A stretch of DNA of 62,922 nucleotides, the filler included, from Reticulomyxa filosa (Eukaryota; Protista; Foraminifera): assembly GCA_000512085.1 (NCBI GenBank). It is 15 parts of 15 records of this genome, joined end to end, with 100 filler letters (N's around TTAATTAATTAA, not from the genome) between each part and the next. Parts side by side here need not be neighbours in the genome. Positions count along the whole stretch, not along the records: positions 1 to 1,782 come from ASPP01002998.1; positions 1,883 to 4,242 come from ASPP01009832.1; positions 4,343 to 7,601 come from ASPP01013992.1; positions 7,702 to 9,078 come from ASPP01017568.1; positions 9,179 to 14,974 come from ASPP01024879.1; 10 more parts are not named here. The stretch is one strand, 5' to 3'. Shown here piece by piece: positions 1 to 11,697 of the stretch. The translations under genes and the position numbers were made by a program. Positions within the stretch are counted from its first letter, which is position 1; the number at the start of each line of letters is the position of its first letter. The notes beneath the pieces were generated by a model. It searched no databases. It was not told the origin of the DNA and saw only the letters and a program-made list of their open reading frames with translations.

Positions 1-2
1 AT

Positions 3-230
3 CAAAATCAAAATCAAAATCAAAATCAAAATCAAAATCAAGATCAAGGGCAATCAGAAATTGAAATACAAACTCAAAATAAAAGTGAGTTCCCATTGAC
101 AGATACGTCGTATCGAGAGTTGTTCGAAATCTTTGACTCTGCCATCAAAGAGTTGATGGCGTTGTTGAAAGATAGTGAATCACGATTCATTAAGTCGAAC
201 GAATTTACAAAGCTGGTAAAATCCATGTGA
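3..230 (+). CDS. RGS-domain protein, 3' fragment (absent from ORF track)
   Basis: Frame 3 reads (QN)n...ELFEIFDSAIKELMALLKDSESRFIKSNEFTKLVKSM*. This matches the RGS C-terminal helices (F-D-x-A-x-x-E...L-x-D-S-x-x-R-F-x-x-S). The (ATCAAA)n at 1-40 encodes the QN run. Confidence 0.75.
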   Translation, partial: QNQNQNQNQNQNQDQGQSEIEIQTQNKSEFPLTDTSYRELFEIFDSAIKELMALLKDSESRFIKSNEFTKLVKSM

Positions 231-1001
231 TTCAATGCCAATGTTTATTTCATTCGTTATTTTTTGTTTTTTTTTGTTTTGCTTGTTTGTTTTTCTTTTG
301 TCTTACGTAACTCCATGTTACGTAGTGCGATTGTTAAGTTGCAGTTTGGGTGCTAACTATAATCCGTTGAGCAAGATAAAAGTTCTGCTGTTTCATTGTA
401 AATATAATGAAGAGTAACAAAAGTAACTCTTTTTTCCTGAAGAGTTTTCTAGTAACTTGTTTGTTTGCTTGGCTTCATTTGTGTGCTTTTTTTCGCTCTT
501 CCCTGTGAAATTATTGATGGAGTTTCAAATTGAAAAAAAAGAAAAACTTGGAGGCACCAGTTGTAAAGTGCGTTGAGTTTGATCGCTGTCATATTTTCTC
601 TCACGAAACCTAACTTAAAGTCTTCAATAAAAAAAAATCAATTATTTGGGGTTATCGACTTTTACTAATGTTTTATCATTTATTGAATGGAAAAACTTAT
701 ACTGCTGTTAATTTGTCATCGGCTTTTAAGCCTTCCACGGCATAACTGTGTTTTAAAAAGATTTTTTTGATGTAAGTAATGCTATTTTCCTTCCTTCTAC
801 GTGTTGTTACTTGGACAGAACTAATAAGCGTTTTGAACTTTCAAAACCAAAAAAAACAATGTGGTCGAAAATCGGTCATTCCACTGAACATCGAATCCCT
901 GCTGAAAAACGACGACACTAAGAACAAGACAAAAATAAAAGGAGAACATTTGTCGACGTGATTATAATAATTGCGCTAAAATAATAATACTAATAAAAAA
1001 A

Positions 1002-1757
1002 ATGAACGAACTGACTTCAGACGTGTTAGCGTGGTTAGGATTGGCAATATCATGCATTTGTGTAGTAGTAATGATAGTGTTGTTAGTCGAGTCAATCCGA
1101 AAAATAACACTGAAAGAGACATCGCTGCTAATAGCAATCCCGGCGTTTCAAATGACGGTGACATATGTCTTAGGAGTGTCGTTCGTGAGTTTGAATGAGC
1201 TGTTTAACATAGTAGTGCAGGGAAGCAAAGATGGCAACCGAGTGTTAGAAACACTGCAATATGTATTGTACGTAGTGGGTCGTTTGTCGTCATATTTGCT
1301 GTGGGTATCAAGAATCCATGTATCCTTTAATTCAACCGTGTTCGATTATCGACGAATCACGAAACTTACCGTATTACTATTCGCGCAGATCAGTGGAGGA
1401 CTGTTAGTTGCGGGGATACTTTTCCAACATGTATTGCACCCTTCAACAGGGGGACCGCACGGCAGTGAACGAGATAGTCCGGGCGCCACCAAGGGTGTTT
1501 TGATGCTTTGCGTCTATTATGCAGTTGACATATGCATGCAAGTGCTGTTTCTCGCTTCGTTTGCCCACAAACTGGTCACTGTTGCTGATTACATGCGCAA
1601 GCAGGTGTGGTCCCACCCTCATGATCAGCAAGGTTTGATGCTCAGCTCTTCTAGTCTCGAGTTCATCGATGTCGCCTCCAAGTTCATCACCTTGGGTTTC
1701 ATGTGCATTGTCATTGATCTTCTGCAACTCGCTTTCAAATTATGGTTTTTATATCAT
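1002..1757 (+). CDS. multi-pass (7TM/GPCR-like) membrane protein, 3'-truncated by gap
   Basis: About six hydrophobic helices in 252 codons, with an RIHVSFNSTVFDY loop after TM3. Probable GT donor at 1758, then poly-T and the gap. Confidence 0.65.
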
Positions 1758-1782
1758 GTTTGTTTGTACCTTTTTTTTTTTT

Positions 1783-1882
1783 NNNNNNNNNNNNNNNNNN
1801 NNNNNNNNNNNNNNNNNNNNNNNNNNTTAATTAATTAANNNNNNNNNNNNNNNNNNNNNNNNNNNNNNNNNNNNNNNNNNNN
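1783..1882. other. artificial contig linker N44-TTAATTAATTAA-N44
   Basis: Identical 100-bp spacer whose core has stops in all six frames. Confidence 0.97.
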
Positions 1883-1928
1883 ATATATATATATATATAT
1901 GTATATGTAATAATGTGTTAGATGATAC

Positions 1929-2499
1929 ATCACAGACAACTGCTAGCCACGCACCTCGATGAGCCACGGACTCAATTTGGATTTGACCTTCTGAATTTCG
2001 ATGAATACGGAATCGACAGTAAATGTTGTTTCCTTCTCCATCCACTAAAAATTCCGTTGCTCTTTTGTCAATCATTAAAAATTTCAATGTTTTTTGGTTT
2101 TGGATCAATGCCTAATATTCATTTTTTTTTTTTTTTTTTTCAAACAAACAAAAAAAAGTCAGAAAATTCGAAGAATTTGTTGCCACTTTTCATTTGTTCA
2201 GCTCATTCATTTGTTATACTTCTCTCCCCTCCTCCTTCTCCTTACGCTTTGTCATTTGTGGTCTTGTTTTTGTTTTTGGTTTGCCATTGGAAAAGTACTT
2301 GGCTGTTCTCTTTAAAGTAAATGTTCCATTTGCTCCAATCACCTTGCCCACCTTTGTGGTCGATACATTGATGGTTCGACGGGTTCGCTCGAAGTTGGGC
2401 CCCATGTGCATGCCGAATTACCACTCCCTTCTGCACTTCCAATGCATCAATTCGTAACACACGATTACTGACACTATTCCTATCATTTTTTTGCGCCAT
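1929..2499 (-). CDS. fascin-like/beta-trefoil repeat protein, 3'-truncated
   Basis: MAQKND...VVIRHAHGAQLR...DHKGGQGDWSKWNIYFKENSQ, GT-AG intron ~2299-2112, then ALIQNQKTLKFL...VDGEGNNIYCRFRIH...IQIESVAHRGAWLAV. These are repeated ~40-aa trefoil-like units. Confidence 0.55.
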
Positions 2500-3653
2500 C
2501 AAACATTGAATTGACACTACTATATCTTTTTTTTTCTTCCACCCCCCAAAGGACCAAAAAACAGAAACACTTGGCTCTGTTTACTTTTTGATAAAAATTG
2601 ATATTAATGAAAAAAATCAGCGCTATTTCTTATTTTTCTCAATATCTTGGAAGTGTATTGCTATGAACGGTCATTATCATTTCTTTGTAGAATCAATTAA
2701 AATATCTTAATCATTAGAATTCAAACTTTTTTGAATTACGATCTTCATTTAAGTCTAAAAAATATATAATTGCAGGGCAGCTTAAATGTATATAAAAGTA
2801 ACTCCTTTACTGAAATAAGTTTTCAGTAAAACAAAAATGAATTAAATAAGAAAACAATTATCAAACACGAAAAACAGAAAACTTTTTGTCCTAAAACTTT
2901 CGTCAAAAGGCTCAAGCCACTTCTCACTTTGGCAACGGTTAGTAGGGTATTACCCTACAAAATGAATTTTAATATTTTAAAGAAAAATGAACAGTAATCT
3001 ACATAATGTAACGACAAGACTAAAACAGCAAACCAAAACATTTCTTGGAAAAGGAAGAAATTTTTGAAAACATGAAATTTCTTTATTTTAATGATATAAA
3101 CTTATTTAAATTTATCACACGTGCAGTTTCGATTAAGCAATATATTATTAATTGGACATATAATTTTCCTTTACAATATTTGTATATTTTTTTCTTTAAA
3201 TAAAAAAAATTTTTATTTAAATGTTGTTTTTTCATGGAGAAAATCAATCATTTCATAACGTGCTGTTTAGTTGTCAACTTTCTTCTTTATTCTACTATTA
3301 ATCCGTTATTTGCAATTTTTGAAATTAATTTTCTTTTTTTACATTTAGTTTTATTTGTCGAATTTTTAAAATTTCAAAATACACTTTACTCTATTTTTGT
3401 TGTTTGGGCACACGCAATTGTTTAGGATTTCAGTTTTTGTCTTTTATATTGTTTTTTTTGTTCATTTTGTTTGCAGTGAGTGATACTATTTTTTTAAATG
3501 TAGGACAAAGATTTATCCTAAAAAATGTGATGACGTACAAGTTTTGGAAGTTTTTTCTAAAACTGTCGGAGCCGCAAAAATTTTTTTTTTTTAGTTGTTA
3601 GGTTTGTTTTGTTGCTTTTTATTTTATTTTCCATAATTCAAACAACTACAAGT

Positions 3654-4213
3654 ATGGAAGGTGGACTTGATCGTCAAGTACCCCCTGTGTTGGTATGTCA
3701 TTTCACACGCACAGCTTGTTTAAGCTACAAACAAAACCTCGTAAGCAAATAATAAAACGATAACAAAAAAAAAATTGAGTAGAAGCAAGAAAGAGAGCGA
3801 CTTATCGATCGCAAGAATGTATTGGAAAGTAACATCAATCGGGTTAGTCTAACGTTTCAAATGATTTTTAAAGTAGAATATCGGCCATAAAAATAATTTA
3901 GTTTTTTTTTGATCACTAAGGCCCCCCCCCCAAAAAACGTTTGGTGACACTATGCGACTCTGTGCATAAAAAAAAGATAACGAAAGAGTTTCAAAGCCTA
4001 AGTGAAGACTTATTCCAAGAAGAGACAAAGCCATTGGACTCATTTGAGTTTGAGTTGCGAATGGATGAGTATTTAGGTTGGGTTTATGATGAACAGAAAG
4101 GTTTTCGTAGCAAAGAAGGGCGGTCACAAGACTTGCGGCAATGGTTGAACTCCACAAAAGCAAGGAAATGGGCCGATACGTTATTTGGTGATATGTTTGA
4201 AAGTTGCCGACAA
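3654..4213 (+). CDS. hypothetical protein, 3 exons, 3'-truncated
   Basis: MEGGLDRQVPPVL|GT..AG|KQERERLIDRKNVLESNINR|GT..AG|...LCDSVHKKKITKEF...ESCRQ|GT. It may continue into the next piece on the same strand. Confidence 0.55.
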
Positions 4214-4242
4214 GTTCAATCAATAATAAAACCTTTTTTTTT

Positions 4243-4342
4243 NNNNNNNNNNNNNNNNNNNNNNNNNNNNNNNNNNNNNNNNNNNNTTAATTAATTAANN
4301 NNNNNNNNNNNNNNNNNNNNNNNNNNNNNNNNNNNNNNNNNN
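4243..4342. other. artificial contig linker
   Basis: N44-TTAATTAATTAA-N44. Confidence 0.97.
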
Positions 4343-4343
4343 T

Positions 4344-4650
4344 GACAATGACAATGACAATGACGATGAAAGTGAAAACGAAACCAATCCCAAAATTAAG
4401 CATTTGCAAAGTCCGATTGAAACAAAGCGAACAAACCGATGGAAGGAGACACACAAGGTGAAAACACCAAAGTCGGCACGCCAGTCCACTCATTCCAAAC
4501 AACAACAAAACAAAAAAAAGGTGTCCAAAAATGCCGCCACCGCCGCCGCCGCGATCACTCACGCCAAAAGTAACGACGAATTTTCCAACAAAGCAAAAAG
4601 TTCGAATGAAATGAAAAAAATTACAAGTCCGACTGAGGCTACAAACAAAC

Positions 4651-4692
<42 letters not shown>

Positions 4693-7466
4693 GTAATAAA
4701 AATAAGAGTAATACCGAAAACAAATCCAAAAGCACAACAAACAAAGGCAAGAATGGAAATGACAAAAAAAGCAATGGAGGAGGAGGAGGAGGAGGAGGAG
4801 GACAGACAAAATCCAAGACAAAGCACCACATCATCGCCAAATCCGCCGGCAACGACAGAGACGACTTTGCTGACGAGGCGAATGGGGATGACGAAGCCAT
4901 TGATGAGGATGAGCATAGTTATAGAAATGGCCACACGTATAGCTTTGAGAATGAAGAAGGAGATGCAGATGAAGAACAAGAAGAAGAAGAAGAAGAAGAA
5001 AATGAAGGAAATGAAGGAAATGAAGAAGAAGGAGGAGGAGATGAATCTGAACCTGAACCTGACCAAGATCATGAACCCGACGACGACGCCGAGCCTTACG
5101 AAAATAGAAAGATAACAAAACGGACTTCAAACAAACAATCGGAAGTATCGTCGTCGAATAAAAAGATAGGAACGAGCAAAAAGCCGCCCGTGGTGAGACT
5201 AGACTTTGGATCGCCGCCGCCGCCGCCGCCGCCGACAATGAAGATGTCACTGTCGTCGAGTCCGAACCGACACAAGCCTGGCAAACTGTTCCAAGGATTC
5301 ACCACACTGCATTCCAGTCATTCTGAAGAGATTGTGACGATTGCCACAGGTAGAGATAGCCATCCTCCTTATTATAGCCTCGATCATGATGTTGATGCTG
5401 ATGCGAATAGCGATCATGACAATAATGGAGGAGGAGGAGGAGGAGGAGGTGGTGGTGGTGGTGGACATAGTGACGAAGAGAAAATGACCAGTCCCAAAGC
5501 CAACTATTTGAATGTGCGCAATGTCGACGATGGCAAAGACGGCAATGGACACAACAAAAATCTGAGTCGCGAGTTTTTGGAACAGCTGTTGGATCAGTGG
5601 ATCGACCAAACGGAGGAAGCCGATCAGTCCTCGCTGCATGTAGACCACTCGGCTGCAGGTGCGACTAGCGCACGTATATCCGATCCCTTGTCCGCACGTT
5701 TCCGAGCCCAACCCAAAGATAAAGATAAAGATAAAGATCGAGGACCTGAAGGGGTCACTTCGCCGACATTGCATTCAATCCACCAGCTGGCTAAGAAAAA
5801 AAACATTGCCACTGGAAGAGGAGGAGGAGCAGGAGGAGGAGCAAGAGGGAGAGCGACAGATTTGGAAGAGATTGCACGACAAAAGCAAACAAAAACAAAG
5901 CAACCGACAAAAATGGTAGTTCCGAAACGAACGGGGGTCAAAACGGCCAACGAGAGTGTTAGCGACATGGACAGCAACAGCAGTGGCAGTTCCGAAAGCG
6001 ACCACGAGAGTGATGCTGGTAGTGAAGCAAGCGAACTTAGTGAACTAAGTGAAAGCTCACTTAACCTCAGTTTATATTGTATATATACATATATGTATAT
6101 ATGCATATACATATACGTATACGTATACGTAAATTGTACATTATGTATATGTTTATGTACGTACAAAAGAAAGTGTATTGATTAACTTATGAACAGACAA
6201 AAAGAAAAAGAAAAAAAAAAGTTCACAGCCTTTAACTCAATTGATCAAGTCGGGCTCTTCGTCAGACTTGCTGAAGCACTCACGAACAAAGGAAAAGAAA
6301 CCCTCTTCTCCTCTTCCTCCCCCTCCTCCCCTTCGCACCGTTGCCAATTTCTCGTCTCAAGCGCCAGTCACTCGGGAGAGAAGTTTCTCGAACAAAGTGA
6401 TGGCCATCTCTTCCAAGCTACCTTCGACTGCCTTCTCCGGCAAGACGTCAGCTACTCCGGTCGTCGCCTCGACCGCGTCCATCATGTCTGGCAATTATGG
6501 TTTCAATTCTAATAATGCGACAATTACTGCGACGGAACCAACCCATTCTCGCGAGCGAAGCCAAAGCATTCAAGAGGGTGCGTACGGACGACGACGAACG
6601 TCGATACGCGATTCCATGTTCACTCCCGAGCCATTGCAGCCTTTGCGTCAGGAACCCATCACTTTGGACACACTGGACAAACAGCCGCCATTGCGTCGTG
6701 GCCGATCCAGGTCTCGAGACAGTATACTCCCTCCCTCCGCCACTGTCGTCACGAGTCCGAGTCTCGCCGCAACATCGCGCTCCAGATCCGGGTCGTCTAC
6801 TAGAAACCTCTTTGCCCAGGAAAAAAGAACCAGTAATTCCATTGGCCTCCTTTCTGCTTCAAGTTAATAATCATAATAAAACAACCACATTATCATTTGA
6901 ATAAAATGAACCAGTTAAATAAACTATTCAAATTAATAACTCAAAAAAAAAAAAAAGCGAATATGTATGAAACGAATCGAGTAGAAACACCACCGTTCAT
7001 CCAAAAATTGTTTGAATGCTGTGATTATCAACATTTGATTTATCACAAAAGTAGTGACTCCTTTGTATTAATACTTTTCCCAACTGCAGAGTCTGCTCAG
7101 CACTATACCCAATGCCTGAATGAAATTTATGACCAAGTACAGATCCCAAATGCAGAACGACATTTTGGCAAAATTTGCTTGCAGTTCCGTGTTAATGTGG
7201 GCGAAAGACCTTGCGCTATGACCTCATTGTCCATCGGAAGGTTTCTTGTGGACGAGTCCAAATATCGCATTCTATGTTATGACGAAACCAAAAGTACTTT
7301 GATTTTGGAAAATAAGTTCATGACTGTGGAAGAAACTTTCACACGTGGAGTTAAAAATAGTATCTATTATATTGTGGATGCACCGAACAACTATATTAAA
7401 GAAATCAAAGTCATGCGATTGCAAGATTGTGTTGGCAACTGGATTTCTCTTCCGTTGCTATACTGA
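4344..7466 (+). CDS. large low-complexity hypothetical protein with C-terminal globular domain, 5'-truncated
   Basis: Exons ~4344-6069, ~6229-6862 and ~6959-7466, joined by simple-repeat GT-AG introns. Poly-N/G/E/P tracts are followed by a ~170-aa ordered-looking domain ending WISLPLLY*. Confidence 0.65.
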
Positions 7467-7563
7467 TCCTTGGCTCTTTCTTGCTCCCCTCTTTTCCTCC
7501 AATTTAGTTTAACAAACTTATGGGTGATGTTCATGGACGTGTACCATTTTGGAGTGACCTTTG

Positions 7564-7601
<38 letters not shown>

Positions 7602-7701
7602 NNNNNNNNNNNNNNNNNNNNNNNNNNNNNNNNNNNNNNNNNNNNTTAATTAATTAANNNNNNNNNNNNNNNNNNNNNNNNNNNNNNNNNNNNNNNNNNN
7701 N
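7602..7701. other. artificial contig linker
   Basis: N44-TTAATTAATTAA-N44. Confidence 0.97.
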
Positions 7702-7729
7702 AAAAAAAAAAAAAAAAAAAGGCAGAAAC

Positions 7730-9078
7730 ATGATCCAGACTATGCCAAATAGTTTGGGCGGCGCCGGCATCGGAAGGAACGAAAAGAAGAACGGAAGAGA
7801 TGGATGTTTGTTTCCACAAGGCGAACATCAAAGGGAAAGCGCCTTTTTCGCAAGGTTGAGTAAGTTGAGTTTGGACGACATCGTCGGGGATGAATGTGTT
7901 GGTATTGCGCAAGAGTGCTTTAAGTGAGTGAAAGCGGACATCTTGATTTTGCGCCAATTGGCAAAGAAAGTTTTTGTCTTCCGAGTCTTTGAAAGAACGA
8001 ATGAACTGCGAGTGGCGAAAGGAGGTGGATTGGAAGAGCATTAAGTCGGCCAAGTCTCTGGGATTGAAGTACGAGGCTTGCAGCTGAAGATCGAAGGACA
8101 TGTGTTGGAGATAGAGCAGTGCATCATTGTGCAGTGACTCTTGCTGTAAGATACGAAAAAAAGGTAGGGTTTTTTGGTGAAATCGATTGACCGAATCGAG
8201 AACCAATTGCACTTCGGTGACAATGTTTTCGTTGTTTTCAATGTATAACAGATTGATGTTTATGGCTTTGTAGGCCACGCGTATACGTCGTTGCCGAAAC
8301 GAGTCACTCTGTTTTTCCTCCTCCTTTCCCTCATCTTTTGCAGTATACGTATTGTGATTTGGAGTGTGTGCTCGATGATCACAAGCAAACCCGTTTTTAA
8401 CGCGCACAATTTGGAATTTGGACTGATTACTCGGCGACGAGAGGAATTGAAAAAAGGAGTGCAGACCTTTGCACAGATTGGCCACGTGATCGAATGTCGC
8501 TCGACATCGCAGGATATCAATCACAAAGGCCGTCTTTGGATAAGCCTCGTATCCATATTCATATTGGACCTTCTTTTTGCATCGGTTATACGTCTTCACG
8601 TATCCGCTTTGGAATTCACAACCTGCACACTCTTTAAATGCGGTGCTCATCTCTCGTTGGAAACTTTCGTCCATTTGATGTCCACGTGCCAACAGCTCGT
8701 TCAAATAAATATCCATGTCAAACACATTTTTCGCGTGAAATGAGATGTCGTCGCTTTGCAATTGAATATCCAGCACATCTTGTTCGCTCCGCTGGGGATG
8801 CAGTCCCAAAGGATGGACGTCTTGACGAAGTCGGACTGGCTCCGTCTTTCTGGCATCCTGCAAAACGGAGTCTGCGATAAACGCGTTGTCAACAATCTGC
8901 TGAAACTCGTGTGGAAAAGACTCGCATTCTTTTTGCAACTCGATTTCAAAGGCTTGCATCGCACGTTGCAATTGACCGTGACAAATATGTTTGATTTGGT
9001 GCCATTTCGGAACTGTGTATTGGGATTGTGATTTATTATTACCATTACTATTACTATTACTATTACTATTACTATTAC
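7730..9078 (-). CDS. RelA/SpoT synthetase-like nucleotidyltransferase domain followed by ankyrin-like repeats, partial at both ends
   Basis: The frame is open from the contig end. Motifs in order: GYVKTYNRCKKK, VIDILRCRATF, IVRVKNGF, YKAININL, VTEVQL. These are followed by DSEDKNFLCQLAQN and KGAFPLMFALW (ankyrin-like). GT donor at 7729. Confidence 0.65.
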
Positions 9079-9178
9079 NNNNNNNNNNNNNNNNNNNNNN
9101 NNNNNNNNNNNNNNNNNNNNNNTTAATTAATTAANNNNNNNNNNNNNNNNNNNNNNNNNNNNNNNNNNNNNNNNNNNN
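9079..9178. other. artificial contig linker
   Basis: N44-TTAATTAATTAA-N44. Confidence 0.97.
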
Positions 9179-9209
9179 AAAAAAAAAAAACCTTTTGTAA
9201 ACATACTCG

Positions 9210-10172
9210 ATGATGTTGCACTGTCCAATTGGAAAAAATCTAAAATGTGTCAGTTTCTCAATCTGGACTAATCCATTTCGTGCATATACAACATCGTTGA
9301 AACGTCCTCTAGTGAAAGTAATTCGGCTTGGAAGAATGGAGTATACCGAGGCATTGAAACTGCAGCAACAAATAATAAACTACCATATGAACAAGTACAG
9401 AGACGGTCTGACAGACGATTACCTGTTGCAAGTAGAGCACCTTCCAGTGTACACATGTGGTCGACGACAATGGAAGACAGTGCAAGAAGAGTTAAAGTTT
9501 CCATGGAATGAGCAAGACACGCAATCAAAAGAGTCGTGCGTACCAATCCATCGCATCGACCGTGGTGGCAAAGTGACATACCACGGGCCAGGACAAGTGG
9601 TCATATATCCGTTGTTTGACCTCAGAAATGAAGCAGCATACAAAAAAGACTTGTATTGGTATTTGCGAACGTTAGAAGATGTGGTCATGTCATTGCTAAC
9701 ACAAGACTACCATATCGACAAAGAGCCTTGCAATGCAAAGTGTTTTCACGATGAAGAGTTTACTGGGGTATGGGTTTCCAGACATGTTCAACAAACAGAC
9801 AACACAATAAAAACTTTAAATTTAAATTCAAATGCAAATGCAAATGCAAATGCAAATGCAAATGCAAATGCAAATGCAATACAAAGGAGTGACAAAATTA
9901 GTGCCATTGGGGTTGGCATATCTCGTTGGAAGACATATCATGGACTGAGTTTCAATGTCAATTGTGACCTCACTTTTTTTGACAAAATTGTGCCTTGTGG
10001 CATTCGTGATCCAAACAAAGGAGTTACTAATTTGTGTGATATCGTGAGTGCACGTGGGACAATGCCCACTATATCCACGGTCTCTGATCAACTCGTCGCA
10101 CACTTTGAACGTGTCTTTCAAGTCAAATGTGTCGACGCTGACCTCGGTCACTTGCATGCACTGTCTCTGTGA
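9210..10172 (+). CDS. lipB: octanoyltransferase (lipoate-protein ligase B), probably mitochondrial
   Basis: Motifs EHLPVYTCG, RGGKVTYHGPGQ, KISAIG, YHGLSFN and IVPCG. Basic N-terminal extension and an (NA)n insertion. Confidence 0.93.
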   Translation: MMLHCPIGKNLKCVSFSIWTNPFRAYTTSLKRPLVKVIRLGRMEYTEALKLQQQIINYHMNKYRDGLTDDYLLQVEHLPVYTCGRRQWKTVQEELKFPWNEQDTQSKESCVPIHRIDRGGKVTYHGPGQVVIYPLFDLRNEAAYKKDLYWYLRTLEDVVMSLLTQDYHIDKEPCNAKCFHDEEFTGVWVSRHVQQTDNTIKTLNLNSNANANANANANANANAIQRSDKISAIGVGISRWKTYHGLSFNVNCDLTFFDKIVPCGIRDPNKGVTNLCDIVSARGTMPTISTVSDQLVAHFERVFQVKCVDADLGHLHALSL

Positions 10173-11697
10173 GTAATACAGCTTTTCACTTTTACTTCAT
10201 GTTCATTACATAACATTCTCCATCCATACGATTGCGATATCAAAACGATACATTCGAAATCTTTTGTTGTTCGTTTCGTTACGTGGTCTTAGCAAGACCT
10301 AAACGTATTCGGTTCTTAGAAATGTATCACTAATCCAAACAACATTCGAGAATTATACGTGACAGTTCTAGTAGGTCTTGTCAGGTAAAAAGGGAAACTC
10401 CACAACTGAACTTTGGCATTTTTTAAATCTTTTTTGATCAAAACTTTTTTTTGCCTGAACTGACAAAAAAATGTTTGCTGTGTTAAAAGCTTCAACGAAC
10501 GAATCATCATTAAGTTATATTCTTTGAACTTAAAAGTTGAAATGAATTGGCATAGTGTTTTTTATACAAACGACAATGGATACACTTGGAGTCAAGCAGA
10601 ATGGTCTTGTGAAATATTTACCATACAAAATTGTAATTATTGCAAATGCAAGTGAGCAAAGCACGATTAAATGAACTTTTTTTGTTCAAAAAAAGGTTTT
10701 TGAGAATTAAGAAACAGGCCACACCGTCCTTTACAGAAGATATAGAGAAATCTAACCAAACCACAAGGAAAATTATTTGATCAGTCCTTGAAGTCAAATA
10801 AATTTGTTGACCTTTTTAAAAGATAAAAGAGCAGAGTTAAAACAAGAGATGACGAAAGTAATGTCGTTGATCATATGTGTGGAACAATTTCAAATTACCA
10901 AATCAGTATACTCGTAAATTTAATAGTGAACAAGTAGCGTTTTTTTAAATTTGTAGAATTTGGATATAATTTAAAAATGAATTTCAACAAAATATTTCTT
11001 CGGAGCAAGTTGTTACGAAAAATGTCATTGAAAAAGGAAGCAAATGGAAATATTTCTAAAATTTAAAAAAATATTGTGACATGCCCACAAAATACCAAAA
11101 ATCACAAGGAGCAATTTTTACAACAAACAGCCCGACATATTAAATGATTTAATTTTAATTAGAGCTAACACTTTCTCCTTTCTGGTTCGTCTGACCCTTA
11201 TAGTCTAACGGGAAAAGATTTTTTGGGAAAAAAATGTTGAGTGTTAGAATAAAGTTTGTAACTCAAGAAAACAAAAATTAGGTTACAAATAAAGAAACAA
11301 GTTCAGGAAAAAGACCAAAATTTGTTCAGCTTTCACTTCCGATTGTTAGGCTTACTCTTTTTTTGTTTCAACAAAGCACGTTTGTTTGTTTTGTAAATTT
11401 AGAATCAATCCAAAGTTGAGGGTTTCCTTTGTTGTCAAAGAACCGAATCAAATGGATTGTCGTATGCAACCTCTGCATAGAAACCCAAACAAACAAGCCA
11501 AAAATTCACAAAAAAACGCATTAATGAGAAAAAAAAACAAACAAAAACCAAAATCCAGAAAGAAAACAAAAAGTTGAAAAAAAAACAAAACATTTTTCTA
11601 AACATCTAAGCTTTTCTTAGTCTATATCTCCACACCCTTCTCTCCTCCCTCTTTTGAATCCTCGCCTGACGCACAAGAATAGCTTTTACAAGTGCGC

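Noticed and set aside
2214-2411. KH-like motif VGKVIGANG in a minus-strand ORF
   Set aside because: It is an alternate frame of the beta-trefoil exon, and the rest of a KH domain is absent.
4287-6166. Long antisense and alternate-frame ORFs (poly-I/L/Y/F), here and elsewhere
   Set aside because: They are by-products of trinucleotide repeats in the real coding strand or introns.
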